Source: an uncultured Planctomycetota bacterium
GTDB taxonomy: Bacteria; Planctomycetota; Planctomycetia; Isosphaerales; Isosphaeraceae
Assembly: GCA_963845755.1 (NCBI GenBank)
Contig: CAWJTV010000020.1
Location: forward strand, 160,001-224,000
Reading direction: 5' to 3'
DNA length: 64,000 nt
In this document: positions 1 to 11,967 of the stretch, piece after piece
Layout of the letters: the number at the start of each line of letters is the position of its first letter
How positions within the stretch are numbered: the first letter of the stretch is position 1
The notes under the pieces: generated by a model
Database searches by the model: none
What the model was told of the DNA's origin: nothing
The model's input: the letters and a program-made list of their open reading frames with translations, nothing else
Position numbers and translations under genes: made by a program

Positions 1-432
1 GACTCCCGGTCTCGAAGCGGCACCCGAGGATGCTAGGATTTCCCCAGAACCCGGCTCTCTCCACCGATGCCGTTTGGCAGTTCCGGCAATTCGATCTCCT
101 GTCTTTGTAGGTTACTTCAACCGTCAACAAACACATCGATGCGACATCCTCTCTTATCAATAACCATATGGAAGCGTAATACGAGTGATTAATAATATAT
201 AATAATGTTCGCTTAATCATGGGACTTGCAAGCGAGACGATCTGCACGAGGTCGATCATTTCCTCGCGTCTCACGGGCATCCTCCCGATTTTTTTGCTAA
301 TGCATGGGCCTGTTTTGCGTCTAATACCCTAGAAAGCTCTTCGCCCGTCTCGATAGGGATCGAGTCGTCGGCATTCAGGACGCACCTGCATCGTTGCATG
401 ATTGAAGCCTTTCCCAACTGGGAGGAACGACC

Positions 433-2823
433 ATGTTGAGGTTTCGCGCGCGATGGATCGGATGGATTTCGGCCGTCGTCTTGATGGGATCCATCATCCC
501 ACAAGTCTGGTCGCAAGGGATCATCATCGACCGACGGCCGCATGTGCCGGTCGCCCGGTCGTATGAGATCCGCGAGGTGAACATCGATGCCCGGGTGCGG
601 GATCAGGTGGCCGAGGTCCAGGTCTCGCAGACCTTCCACAACCCCGGCTCGTTTCCGCTCGAATCCGAGTTCCTGTTCCCGCTTCCGGAAGAAGGGGCTG
701 TTCAGAACTTTGTGCTCATGGTCGACGGCCGCGAGCTGCCTGGCCGGCTGATGTCCAAGGACGAGGCCCGGCGGATCTACGAGGAGATCGTTCGGACCAA
801 GCGCGATCCGGCCTTGCTCGAGTACATGGGGCGTGGATTGTATCGCACCAGCGTCTTCCCGATCCCGCCCGGCGCCGATCGCAAGGTGACGATGCGCTAC
901 ACCCAGCTCTGCAAGCGCGATCGCGACGTCGTCGAATTCGCCTATCCGTTGAGCACTCAGAAGTTTACGGCCAAGCCGATCCAGCGGCTGATCGTCCAGC
1001 TCTCGATCCGGAACAAGGAGGCAATCAAGTCCGTCTACTGTCCCAGCGACGACGCCACGATCCGGCGGCTCGGCGATCACGAGGTCGAGGTCCGGCTCGA
1101 CCGCCACGATATCGTGCCGGAGAACGACTTCCGCCTCATTACGACGCTGGCCGAGGGTGCGTTCTCAGCATCGATGGTGAGCTACCGGCCCAGCGAGTCG
1201 GAGGATGGCTACTTCCTGGTCCTGGCCAGTCCTGAGGTCAAGCCGGCCGACACTCGTCCGCGCCCCAAGACCGTGATCTTCGTCCTCGACCGTTCCGGGT
1301 CGATGGCGGGGAAGAAGATCGAGCAGGCGCGGCGAGCCTTGAAATCGATGCTCAATAACCTCCGCGACGAAGATCTTTTCAATATCGTGGTTTACGACGA
1401 TCGCGTCGAGAGCTTCCGGCCCGAACTCCAGCGCTATCAATCGCGGAGCCGCGAGGACGCCGAGCGGTTCGTCGACAACATTCGCGAGGGCGGGAGCACA
1501 AACATCGATTCGGCGCTCAAGACTGCACTGGCGATGCTCCAGGATTCGTCGCGACCCGGTTATGTCCTGTTCCTGACCGACGGTCTGCCGACGGCCGGCG
1601 AGGTCAACGAGCAGAAGATCGCCGAGAACTGCCGGAGGACCAACGATCGCCGGGCCCGGTTGTTCTGCTTCGGGGTCGGCTACGACGTTAATGCCCGGCT
1701 GCTCGACCGGCTCAGCGGCGGCAACTCGGGCACCAGCGAATACGTGAAACCCGATGAAGATATCGAGACCCACGTCGGGCGGTTCTATTCCAAGATAACC
1801 AGCCCGGTTCTGACCGACCTCCGCCTGGAACTGGCCGGGATCGACATCAACCGGACGTATCCTCGCGACCTCCCGGACCTCTTTGATGGTGGACAGATCA
1901 TCCTGGCGGGCCGTTACCGGCAATCGGGCTCGACCACGATCCGGATTACGGGCAAGGTCGGCGACGAACGCCGGCGGTTCGAGTTCCCGTCGGAACTGGC
2001 CAGACCGTACCAGGGAAGCAGCCATGAATTCGTGGAGCGGCTCTGGGCCGTCCGGCGAGTGGGGGACCTCATCGACCAGATCGACATGAACGGTCAGAAC
2101 CGGGAACTGGTCAACGAGCTGGTGTCCCTCGAGCATGAAATACGGTCTGCTGACGCCCTACACCTCGTTCCTGGCTGATGAGCGCGTGCCACTGCACGCG
2201 ATGCGGGCCAACGCCGATCGGGCCGGCTTTTCGCTCGAGGCCCTCAATGAAGTCAGTGGCCAGGGGGGCGTTGCGCAGCGGGACTTCAAGCAAGGCTACA
2301 TGAAGGCCGCGCCAGCACCGGTACCGAACGCGAGCACGCCCCAAATGCCAGTCATCGTGGGCACGCAGGGCGGCGGGGTGGCACAGACCCAGGCGCTATT
2401 CAGACGGACCGAATCGCGGCCCGCCCAGGGATGATGGGTGGCATGGGCGGTGGTATGGGCGGCCCGCGTTACGGGCGGCGCGTCGAGCGCGAGGCGAAAG
2501 CGAAATCCGTGTTCGGTAGCCCAGCCCAAGGGTTGCAAGTGGCGTCGAGGAGTGAAGCCGGCCAATCCGCGCAGTCGAAGGTCCGCCAGATCGGCGCCAA
2601 GACCTTCTATTTCAAGAACGGCCGCTGGGTCGATTCGTCCGTGAAGCCGGAGGAGGACGCCAAGGCCGTCAAGATCGCCCAGTTCAGCGACGATTACTTC
2701 CGGATCGCCCGCACCCAGAAGGCCGAGTATAACCAGTACCTCAGCCAGTCCGAGCCGGTCACCGTCAAGCTGGAAGGCACGGTCTATCACATCGACCCGG
2801 TCGCCCAGGATGCGACGCGCTGA
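433..2823 (+). CDS. Secreted VIT + vWA domain protein (inter-alpha-trypsin inhibitor heavy chain-like), split by two apparent frameshifts (~2130, ~2430)
   Basis: N-terminal signal peptide, VIT-like region (SQTFHNP..ESEFLFPLP), MIDAS motifs DRSGS and FLTDG. The frame continues as SMKYGLLTPYTSFLADE (2135..2434) and then KTFYFKNGRWVDS (2431..2823). Confidence 0.85.
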
Positions 2824-3316
2824 ACACGATTCCGGGAAAACCAACAGCGGGAACCGTGCCGGCCGCGACCGTCAGGGCGATCTGATCCGCCCTCGAGGGT
2901 CGCGGCCGATTGTTTTGGGCCGAACCGCCTGCATGCGCCTGATCACGCGGCGAACGTCTCGTGACGACAGGACTCCTCCCAAGGAATCGTGCCACGCAAC
3001 TCATGATTTGGACAATGGTTACAATGGGGGCGCATTCCGCACTGACTGCAGCGCACCATCTCGTCCGAATCCCGCAGCCAGGGTTGCATCGGAAACCTCG
3101 CGGTTGATCTTGTAATCGCTCAGTTGTTTCGGTAAGTAGGCTTTGTGTGACCAGGGCGGACGACCAGAAGTGAATCCCGATCCTCTCGGAACGTGAAGAA
3201 TTGTAAGGATCTTCGAAGAATGCGCGCGCCGGACGGCGTGACCGACGCTCTAGCCTGAGAGGCGCGGCGGACCGCGTCGGCAGTGATCGGGTTGTAAGGC
3301 CGGGTGAATCATCAGG

Positions 3317-4264
3317 ATGGTGATCCATCGACCGGATTTTATGGTGATTGGGGCGATGAAGAGCGCCACGACCACGTTGCACGAGCAACTGGCGCGGCAG
3401 CCGGGCATCTTCATGAGCCGTCCCAAGGAGCCGAACTTTTTCAGCGACGACGCGATCTACGGGCGCGGATGGTCGTGGTACAGCTCGCTGTTTCGGCCAG
3501 CCAGCGCGGCGGATCTCCGCGGCGAGTCGAGCACACATTACACGAAGCTCCCGACCTATCCCCGAACGGTGGAGCGTCTCGCGCGGGATCTGCCGCGGCT
3601 CAGGCTGATCTACGTGATGCGCCACCCGATTGACCGACTGGTTTCCCAGTACGTGCACGAGGTGACCGCCGGCCGGATCGCGGTGGGATTGAGCGAGGCG
3701 GTGGAACGTTACCCGGAGCTGATCGATTACAGCCGATATAGCATGCAGTTACAGCCATTCCTGGAGGTTTACGGGTTCGCGAACGTGCTGCCGGTCTTTT
3801 TCCCGAGTCTGGTGAGCCGATCGCAGGACGAGCTAGTGCGGATCGCCCGGTTTCTCGGACATGATGGTCCGAGCCGATGGGACGAGGGGCTCAAGCCACA
3901 GAATCCGCGGGAAGAGCGGCTGCGTCCCAGTCCGATGCGCGAGCTCCTGGTCCAGGCGCCGGTGTTGAGCACGATCCGCCAGCGGGTCGTGCCCCGACGC
4001 TGGTCGCAGTCGGTGAAGCGGTTCTGGCGGGCGCATGTCGAGCCACCGCGGCTGACTCCCATTCTGGTAGCGCGGTTGCGCGAGGTCTTCGACGCCGATC
4101 TCGCCCAACTGGGTTCCTGGCTGGGATACCGGCTCGATTGTGAGAATTTCCAGGAAACGACCGTCGCCCGCGCGCCACGAGTGGACCGCAGTTCAGGTGC
4201 TCGGGAGCGGGGCCGGCTCGAAGTCTCCGGCCGACGCAAGGCGGGACTCGCTCGACCGCGCTGA
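3317..4264 (+). CDS. Sulfotransferase family protein
   Basis: PAPS-binding motifs PDFMVIGAMKSATTTL and RHPIDRLVSQY; GESSTHY motif. Confidence 0.85.
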   Translation: MVIHRPDFMVIGAMKSATTTLHEQLARQPGIFMSRPKEPNFFSDDAIYGRGWSWYSSLFRPASAADLRGESSTHYTKLPTYPRTVERLARDLPRLRLIYVMRHPIDRLVSQYVHEVTAGRIAVGLSEAVERYPELIDYSRYSMQLQPFLEVYGFANVLPVFFPSLVSRSQDELVRIARFLGHDGPSRWDEGLKPQNPREERLRPSPMRELLVQAPVLSTIRQRVVPRRWSQSVKRFWRAHVEPPRLTPILVARLREVFDADLAQLGSWLGYRLDCENFQETTVARAPRVDRSSGARERGRLEVSGRRKAGLARPR

Positions 4265-4961
4265 CGGTGACTGACGGACCGTGTAGACCGAGACGATCTC
4301 GGGGCGGATCACCTTGTCGCCGACCTGGAACCCATTTCGTAGCCGGGCGGCGATGGTCTTGTTCAGGGCGGGATCTTCGGTTGCCGTCGTGGAGACCGCG
4401 CGTTGCCGGCGGGGATCGAAGATGCTTCCCTCCACGGAGAACGGTTCAACTCCCTGGCGGTAGAGGATATCCTCGATCGCGGTCTGGATCGACTCCAGGG
4501 TCCCTCGCAGGGCCGCGGCGGCGCTCCGGCTCGGCGTCGGCGGAAGCGCGGGATTCGATCATCTTGCCGAGATCGTCGTGGAGCTGGATCAGGTCGACGA
4601 AGATCGGCCTCTGGACCCTCAGCAACAGGTCCTGTTTGTATTCTTGAAGCTCCGCATGGAGCCGGTCGACCACGCGTTCGCGACTGGCCTCGGCGCGCTG
4701 CTCACGCTCCAGAATGGCCTGGAGCGCGTCGAGTCGCCGGGCGAATTGCAGGCCCAGCCCGTTGACCGCGTCCAGGACCGGCACGATGGTGATGGGGGCC
4801 GGCCGCGGCGCATCTGGTGACGGGTCGTCCTCCTCCGCCAGGGCCTCGATCACCGCGAGATCCGGGCCCTCGTCGAATGACGACGGGTCTTCGACATCCA
4901 GAATCTGGTCTGGATCGATCGGGACAATCCCCGGCTCCGGCAGATCCTCGACCTCGCCCAT
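4193..4961 (-). CDS. grpE: GrpE-like nucleotide exchange factor (frameshift near 4500)
   Basis: Coiled-coil region, then IEDILYRQGVEPF..FDPRRQRAV..RLRNGF..DKVIRPEIVSV in the next frame; AG-rich RBS before ATG at 4961. Confidence 0.7.
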
Positions 4962-5132
4962 GACCTGTCCTCTCTCCTCGACGGATCGCCCGGGGCGATC
5001 CGAACCGCCCACGGTAGACCGAAGTCTTGCCTCCGCACCAACCGGCATTACACTAGGTCCAACCCTCAGCGGCCCAAGACCCTCACGCCCTCGGCCGCCT
5101 ACAAGACCATCCTACCCCAGGAGGATTCGGAG

Positions 5133-5822
5133 ATGCCCCGATCACATTGGCCCGCGCCGCTCGTTTTCGTCCTGTCGGCTGTCTTGAGCCTCGCGTCTCA
5201 TGCCCAGGAGAAACCCAGCGACGCCTCCATCGGCGCGAAGCCGCCCGGAGCGGGCGTCGTGCTCTTCGACGGCACGGGCCTTTCCCGATGGGTGAAACAC
5301 GACGGGAAATCTCCCGCCGACTGGCCGGTGACCGATGGGATCCTGACCGTCGGCAGGGGCAATATCCAGACCGAGAAATCGTACGGCAACGTCCAACTGC
5401 ATCTCGAATTCAACGTGCCTTACATGCCCAAGGCGCGCGGCCAGGGCCGGGGCAACAGCGGTGTGTATCTCGGCGGCATCCACGAGCTCCAGATCCTGGA
5501 TTCGTACGGCCTCAAGCTCCAGGACAACGACTGTGGCGCCATCTACCATCAGATCGTCCCGAGGGTGAACGCCTGCAAACCGCCGCTCCAGTGGCAGACT
5601 TACGACGTCACGTTCCACAAGGCCGTGGTCGAGCAAGGCAAGGTGGTCAAGAAGGCGAGGATCACCGTGATCCACAACGGCATCACGACGATCGACAACG
5701 CCGAGATCGATCCCACCCCCGGCGGCCTCGGCAACAAGGCCGGCGAGGATGGACCGCTCCTCCTCCAGGATCACGGAAACCGCGTCCAGTTTCGGAATAT
5801 CTGGATCGCGCCGATTTCGTAG
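5133..5822 (+). CDS. DUF1080 / 3-keto-disaccharide hydrolase family protein, secreted
   Basis: Signal peptide; VLFDG, LHLEF, GNSGVY, ELQILDS, WQTYDVTF, LLQDHGNRVQFRNIW motifs. Confidence 0.9.
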   Translation: MPRSHWPAPLVFVLSAVLSLASHAQEKPSDASIGAKPPGAGVVLFDGTGLSRWVKHDGKSPADWPVTDGILTVGRGNIQTEKSYGNVQLHLEFNVPYMPKARGQGRGNSGVYLGGIHELQILDSYGLKLQDNDCGAIYHQIVPRVNACKPPLQWQTYDVTFHKAVVEQGKVVKKARITVIHNGITTIDNAEIDPTPGGLGNKAGEDGPLLLQDHGNRVQFRNIWIAPIS

Positions 5823-5823
5823 T

Positions 5824-5880
5824 GTAGGCGCAACTCACCAGGCGAAAAAGACTTACGTCGGTGAGTTGCTCGCCCCCTAG
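5824..5880. repeat. GTAG-type REP-like hairpin between convergent genes (possible terminator)
   Basis: gcaactcacc (5830-5839) and ggtgagttgc (5860-5869) are inverted repeats, preceded by GTAG. Confidence 0.5.
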
Positions 5881-5911
5881 CGACCGAGATTGCGGTCTTC
5901 TGGAATAGGCT

Positions 5912-6442
5912 CTAAGCGGAGGCCGCTTCCTTCAGTGCCTTGAGGGCCGGCTCGTAATCCGGCTCCTGGGCGATCTCGGGGACGATCTGTATGTAACGGA
6001 TCGTATCCGCCGGGTTGACGACCACAACCGTCCGGGCCAGCAGCGGAATTGGCAGGTCCTGGATCAAAACGCCGTAGTGCTCACCGAAGCTGTGATTGTG
6101 CGTGTCGGAGAGATTCTTGAGGCTTTCGATGTTCGCCTCGGTGCAGAACCGAGCCTGGGCGAATGGCAAGTCCAGGCTGACCGTATACGCGGCAACCTTG
6201 TCGCCCAGGGCCGTGAGCTCTTCGGCGAATCGCTTCGTCTGCTTGTTGCATACGGGCGTGTCCAGTGAAGGGACGACGTTGAACAGGCGTGCCTTCCCCG
6301 CAGTGTCGGCCAGGGTCACCAGCGCCAGACCCGCCCCGACCGTCGTGAAGTCGGGCGCCTTGTCGCCCGGCTTCAGTTTCGGCCCGACCAGCGTGACCGG
6401 ATTACCCCGGAACGTCACCTCGCCTTTGCGCGTATCTGCCAT
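5912..6442 (-). CDS. tpx: Thiol peroxidase (atypical 2-Cys peroxiredoxin)
   Basis: VTFRGNPVTLVG, VPSLDTPVC, DLPFAQARFC and EPDYE motifs. Confidence 0.95.
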   Translation of the reverse strand: MADTRKGEVTFRGNPVTLVGPKLKPGDKAPDFTTVGAGLALVTLADTAGKARLFNVVPSLDTPVCNKQTKRFAEELTALGDKVAAYTVSLDLPFAQARFCTEANIESLKNLSDTHNHSFGEHYGVLIQDLPIPLLARTVVVVNPADTIRYIQIVPEIAQEPDYEPALKALKEAASA

Positions 6443-6735
6443 GGTTGCCTCTCGTTGTGGATCCAAACAAGAACCAAAAGGGGTTGACTCACCGAAGTTA
6501 ATCAGCCTATCAACGGTCGATGGCGCGAGGCTAGAGGTTAGTGGCGACGTCAAGGCGACGGCGAGCCTGTGGGCCAGGAAGCAGGCGCCACTTGCTAGTG
6601 AAGTCTCGAAGGGTTTCGGGTCTAATGATCAGGAAGCCCGCCAGACCCGTGGTCTGGCTCCGCGCGATGGAGACTCGCGCCCATTAGAACGCAGCTCTTT
6701 CCTTGCCACCTGTCCCGTGTCACTACGACGCCACC

Positions 6736-8592
6736 ATGCGAAATGACTTCGACGTTGTCGTGATCGGCGCCGGCCACGCTGGGCTGGAAGCCGCGCTCGC
6801 GTCGGCGCGGATGGGGCTGCGGACCGCGCTCTTGACGATCAACTGCGACACGGTCGCCCAGATGAGCTGCAATCCGGCGATCGGGGGCGTGGCCAAGGGT
6901 CAGATCGTCCGCGAGATCGACGCCCTGGGTGGCGCGATGGGATTGCTCACGGACGGGTCGGCGCTCCAGTTCCGGCTGCTCAACCGTGGCAAGGGGCCGG
7001 CGATGCACAGCCCTCGCGCCCAGTGCGACAAGAAGGCTTACCAGTTCCTGGCCAAGTTGACCGTCGAACGTCAGGAAAACCTCTCGCTCCGCCAGGAGAT
7101 GGTCGAGTCGCTCCTGGTCGAAAACGGCCGGGTCGTCGGCGTCCAGTGCCGCGGCGGCGGGCGATACGGGGCGCGGGCTGTCGTCGTGACGACTGGGACG
7201 TTCCTCCAGGCACTCATGCACACTGGCGAGGTCAAGACACCCGGGGGCCGTGGCGGGGACGTTGCGGCAGTTGGATTATCACAAAGCTTTCAGTCTCTGG
7301 GATTTGAGTTGCGGCGATTCAAGACCGGCACGCCGCCGAGGCTCAACGGGCGCACGATCGATTTCGCCCGCTTGGAACGTCAGCCGGGCGATGCCGAGCC
7401 GGTCCCGTTCTCGTTCTTGACCGACTCCATCGACCAGCCGCAACTCGATTGCCATATCACTTATACAAATCCCGAGGTCCATGCGATCATTCGCGAGAAC
7501 CTCCATCGGGCCCCGATGTATTCCGGTCAGATCCAGAGTACGGGACCGCGCTACTGCCCTTCGATCGAGGATAAGGTGGTCCGATTCGCCGATCGCGACC
7601 AGCATCAGATCTTCCTCGAGCCCGAGGGCCGAAACACGCTCGAGTACTATTGCAACGGCATTTCCACCAGCCTGCCGCGCGACGTGCAAGAGGCGATCAT
7701 CGCACGGATTCCGGGGTTGGAGCACGCCGACATCATGCGATTCGGCTACGCGGTGGAATACGACTACGCCCCGCCGGAGCAGCTCCGAGCCACGCTGGAA
7801 ACCAAGCCGGTGGACCACCTTTTTTTCGCCGGCCAGATCAACGGCACAACCGGCTACGAGGAGGCGGCCGCCCAGGGACTGATCGCCGGCATCAACGCTG
7901 CGCTATCGGCCAAGGGTGAGCCGCCACTGGTGATCGACCGTTCGCGCGCCTATCTCGGCGTCCTGATCGACGACCTGGTTACTCGTGGGGTCAACGAACC
8001 TTATCGTATGTTCACCAGTCGGGCAGAGTATCGGCTGATGCTCCGTCACGACAATGCCGATCTCCGGTTGACCGAGGTGGGGCGCCAGGCCGGCCTGGTT
8101 GACGACCGCCGATGGGCCCGGTTCCAGGGCCGGCGTGACGGGATCGCGCGGTTGCGCGACATCCTGAACCGCACCCGCGCCCAAGGCGATTCCCTGTACA
8201 AGGCCCTGAGACGGCCCGAGACGACCTGGGACGATCTGCTGGCACTTGAACCAAGCGTGGAGGACCATGGCTTTTCCGCCGACATCATCGCGCAGATGAC
8301 CATCGAGGCCAAATACGACGGTTACATCGATCGCCAGCGCGACCAGATCGAACGCTTCCGACGCCTGGAGCACAAGCCGATCCCGGGCGACCTCGACTAC
8401 CAGTCCATTTCCCAACTTCGCGCCGAGGCCCGCGAGAAGTTCGATCGCATCCGCCCGCTTTCTCTCGGTCAAGCCGGCCGGATCAGCGGTATCAACCCCG
8501 CCGACATCGCCACCCTCGTGATCCATCTCAAACGCAATCGCCCCGAATTGTCAGTCGAACTCCCCGATGTTCGAGCTGGCACTCTCCCGTGA
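6736..8592 (+). CDS. mnmG: tRNA uridine-5-carboxymethylaminomethyl(34) synthesis enzyme MnmG/GidA
   Basis: GAGHAG, MSCNPAIGG, KTGTPPR, GPRYCPSIEDK, AGQINGTTGYEEAAAQG, EPYRMFTSRAEYRL. Confidence 0.97.
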   Translation: MRNDFDVVVIGAGHAGLEAALASARMGLRTALLTINCDTVAQMSCNPAIGGVAKGQIVREIDALGGAMGLLTDGSALQFRLLNRGKGPAMHSPRAQCDKKAYQFLAKLTVERQENLSLRQEMVESLLVENGRVVGVQCRGGGRYGARAVVVTTGTFLQALMHTGEVKTPGGRGGDVAAVGLSQSFQSLGFELRRFKTGTPPRLNGRTIDFARLERQPGDAEPVPFSFLTDSIDQPQLDCHITYTNPEVHAIIRENLHRAPMYSGQIQSTGPRYCPSIEDKVVRFADRDQHQIFLEPEGRNTLEYYCNGISTSLPRDVQEAIIARIPGLEHADIMRFGYAVEYDYAPPEQLRATLETKPVDHLFFAGQINGTTGYEEAAAQGLIAGINAALSAKGEPPLVIDRSRAYLGVLIDDLVTRGVNEPYRMFTSRAEYRLMLRHDNADLRLTEVGRQAGLVDDRRWARFQGRRDGIARLRDILNRTRAQGDSLYKALRRPETTWDDLLALEPSVEDHGFSADIIAQMTIEAKYDGYIDRQRDQIERFRRLEHKPIPGDLDYQSISQLRAEAREKFDRIRPLSLGQAGRISGINPADIATLVIHLKRNRPELSVELPDVRAGTLP

Positions 8593-8958
8593 CGACCGCC
8601 GGCCCCGAGAGGACAGCCTGTCAGCGGAGTCCCCACTCCGAATCATTTCATTCTTTCGGATCCGCCTTCATCAACACCTGATCTCCCAAATCGTTCGGTT
8701 CATCGGTTTTTCTTAATCCGCTGACACGGTGCCACCTCCGCGCCGATGCCCAACACCTGACAACGCCACGATCGGTCTCCATCCTCTCTCTTGTCAGTTT
8801 GACCAGGGCTCGCCATTTTAAAAGCGCGGGCCGGTCATTTGGTCGTTTTCATCCTATTTTTCTTCAGGGTCTCTGGGATAAAATTGGTGAGAGCTGGCCG
8901 CGTTTCTTTTGTGCAACCCGTGAGAAGCAGGCGAGATCCGACGAATCACGCATTCGGA

Positions 8959-8986
8959 TTGACAAGGCTGGTGGTCGTTATACAAT
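8959..8986 (+). promoter_or_regulatory. Sigma70-like promoter upstream of the response regulator
   Basis: TTGACA (8959-8964), 16 nt spacer, TACAAT (8981-8986) in an AT-richer intergenic region. Confidence 0.55.
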
Positions 8987-9227
8987 TGGTGGGCTTGGTA
9001 ATATTGGTAAGCTCTAAAGGTTTCGTAGATTTTAACAACGGCGAGTTACCGAGAGGTTGGTGCGAACGACGCGGCCAGGCGGGAGGCTTTGGGCGTGGTA
9101 GAGTTCGCGTCGTGAGCAGGGCTAGCAAGGAAGCCGATCAAGGGTCGTCCCCTTCCGGCGATCAGATCCCGTCGGATCGACAGGAGGGACCTTGTCCTTG
9201 ATCTTTCAAGATCGGATGTCTACGACC

Positions 9228-9809
9228 ATGAAAACCGTTTTCACGACGGGCGAGGCGGCCAAGATATGTAAGGTGAGTCAGCAGACGATCATTCGCTGTT
9301 TCGACTCGGGCCAACTCAAGGGATTTCGGGTCCCCGGCTCGAGGTTTCGGCGGATTCCTCGTGATGCGCTCTACCGGTTCATGAAGGAGAACGGCATCCC
9401 GACGGATGCCCTGGAGAGCGGCAAGCGGCGCGTTTTGATCGTGGACGACGATCAGGCCGTCGTCGACTTGATCTCGGAGGTGCTGGCCGGCGACGCCCGG
9501 TTCGAGACCCGCGTCGTGAACAACGGCTTCGGGGCGGGAATGCTGGCGAAGGAATACCATCCGGACCTGATCGTCCTGGACGTGATGCTGGAAGACATCA
9601 ACGGGCAGGCGGTCTGCGAGTTGATCCGCAAGGATCCAACGATGGCGGATATCAAGATTATCTGCATCTCCGGGATGGTGGAGGAAGACAAGATCCAGCA
9701 GTTGCGCGAGTCGGGCGCCGACGATTTTCTGCACAAGCCGCTCGATATCGATGAACTGATGCGGCGCGTCTGCCGACTGTTGGATATGGAGACCAGTGTA
9801 ACCAGCTAA
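9228..9809 (+). CDS. Response regulator with N-terminal excisionase-type HTH and receiver domain
   Basis: FTTGEAAKICKVSQQTIIRCFDSG..RRIP HTH; receiver motifs VLIVDDD, LDVML, HKP. Confidence 0.9.
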   Translation: MKTVFTTGEAAKICKVSQQTIIRCFDSGQLKGFRVPGSRFRRIPRDALYRFMKENGIPTDALESGKRRVLIVDDDQAVVDLISEVLAGDARFETRVVNNGFGAGMLAKEYHPDLIVLDVMLEDINGQAVCELIRKDPTMADIKIICISGMVEEDKIQQLRESGADDFLHKPLDIDELMRRVCRLLDMETSVTS

Positions 9810-9883
9810 GTCCGCGTGGGGATAGGCATCCGAAGCGTCAACATCCGACCGGGTCGCGGCACGAGAGGGGAAGGAGTCCCAGC

Positions 9884-11967
9884 GTGGTGCGTGTCCATGC
9901 TAGTCGGAGATCACGGCCCGAGGAACTGCGACGTCGGGCCCTGAGGCTCGATCATCTTCCCCTGCGCCCGGCCACGGCCCGCCTCGTGATGAACTCGTTC
10001 TCCGAGGACCGGCTCGACGATGACACCGAGGCGATCGAATCCTCGAAAGTCCGATCGATTTGCGCGCTGGACCCGGGGTGGATCCTCGCCCGTTCCCGCG
10101 GCTTCGAGCGGATCAGTCCGCTGGAATTGATCGCCGCACGGCCCTGGTGGCCGCGCGCGATGTCGACGGGACCGATCGCCGAGCTTCTGGGCCGGCTCTG
10201 GCGACACTCGATCGCGGTGGGGATCACGGCGCGCGGCCTGGCGCGCGAGGCCGGCGATCCCGATCCCGAATTCCTGGCCCTCGTGGGACCGCTCTGCAGC
10301 CTGGGCTACTGGGCCGTCGCCGCAGTCGATCCGGAATGGCTCCGGGAGTGGTGGCATCTGGAAGACCCGCGCGGCGCCGGAAAGAGCAAGAAGACCTGGG
10401 CATGGACCTGACCGATCTGGGGCGCCGGCTGGCCGAGCGCTGGGGCTGCGATCCCCTCGTGGCGGATGCCGCCTGGCTTCACGCCGATCGCGGGGGGACA
10501 CTGAACGCCGCCGCCGCGAGTCCCGAACGGCTGGCGATCCTCCAGGAAGCGTTCCGTTGGGCCGAGGAGACGCCCTGGTCTCTGGCCCGGCCGGACCACG
10601 AGCCCGCGCCGAGCGAGCCCAGGCTCCGGATCCTGATGGCCGAGGTTCAGGCGCGTTGCACCGGCCCGTTGGTGGATGCTGATGCCACCGTCCACGAAGA
10701 GCGGATGACTCGTCAGAATGCCCGGCTGCGGCGACAACTGGCTGCTTTGCGCGAGGTTCAGGAACGTAGCGATCGCTTCCTCCACCTCCTGGCCGAGGCG
10801 GATCCGGCCGAAACGCCCGAGGAATGGGCCGACCGCGCCGCCAAGACGTGGTGTGGCGAGTCTGCCGTGAGCGCGGCCCGGGTGGTCTGGCTGGACCACG
10901 GGAATCCCGGCCCGGGCTCGCTCCCCGCCGAAAGCCCGGAGCCGGCCCGAACCCGACCGGAGGCGCCGCCGTCCCCAGGGGCACCGGAACGCCCGCCAAC
11001 GGTCGTGTTGCCGTTGGGCGCCGCGGGGCGTGAGTGGGCTGCGGTCGAGCTCTGGTGTCCCCCGGAACGGTCGGCCGCGGACCTCCACCTCGCGATGGCG
11101 ACTGGCCGGCGCGCCTGGGAATCGTGGGCGGCCCTGCTGGCCGACCGCGGACGGTTGCAACGACGGCTAGAAACGGTCGTCGATTCGCTTCGGAGTCAGG
11201 TCGAGACCGAGGAGCTACGGCTGCGCCAGGGGAAGCTCGATGCCCTGGGTGAGTTCGCCGCAGGGGCCGGCCATGAGCTCAATAATCCCCTGGCCGTGAT
11301 CGTCGGCCGCGCGCAGTTACTTCTCGCGCACGCCAAGGACGCCGAAGTCGCGCGCTCGCTTCGCATCATCCTCACACAGGCGCAGCGGGCCCACCGCATC
11401 CTTCGGGACCTGATGTTCGTCGCGCGGCCGCCCGTGCCACGATGTCGGACCTGCCGTCCGTCCGAATTGCTCGCATCCCTGCTCCGGGAGTTCGAGCGCG
11501 AGTGCGGGGCGCGCGGCGTCCGGCTGGTCTCCGAGGTCGATGACGCGACGCCGCCGCTCTGGGCCGATCCCGACGCCCTGCGGCACCTCGGCGAGATCCT
11601 GCTCCGCAATGCGCTCCAGGCCACGCCTCCCGACGGCCGGATCCTCGTCCGATCGTCGCGCAAAGACAACGAGCTCATCTGGTCGTTCAGCGACACGGGC
11701 AAGGGGATCGGCGCCCGCGAGGCGATTCACCTGTTCGATCCATTCTTCTGCGGGCGACAGGCCGGCCGCGGGCTGGGCCTCGGTCTGCCGCGCGCGGCCA
11801 AGATCGTCGAATCCGCCGGCGGACGGCTCCGATGGTCCTCCAGTCCGGGGCACGAGACGACGTTTCAGGTCCATCTGCCCCTGACTTCACCGCCGGAGCA
11901 ATCCGGTCCCAACGCGTCTCCGCGTCCCGCGCACAGCTCTTATGCGGGTGCCTTGCTGAAAAGCTAG
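9884..11967 (+). CDS. HDOD-like domain sensor histidine kinase (frameshift near 10375)
   Basis: LWRHSIAVGITARGLA (HDOD-like); H-box AGHELNNPL, N-box LLRNALQA, G1 DTGKG, DPFF, G2 GLGLGL. Confidence 0.8.

Noticed and set aside
145..225. Very AT-rich stretch at the window start (origin or regulatory site)
   Set aside because: No DnaA boxes or iterons recognised and the upstream context is outside the window; probably an ordinary promoter region.
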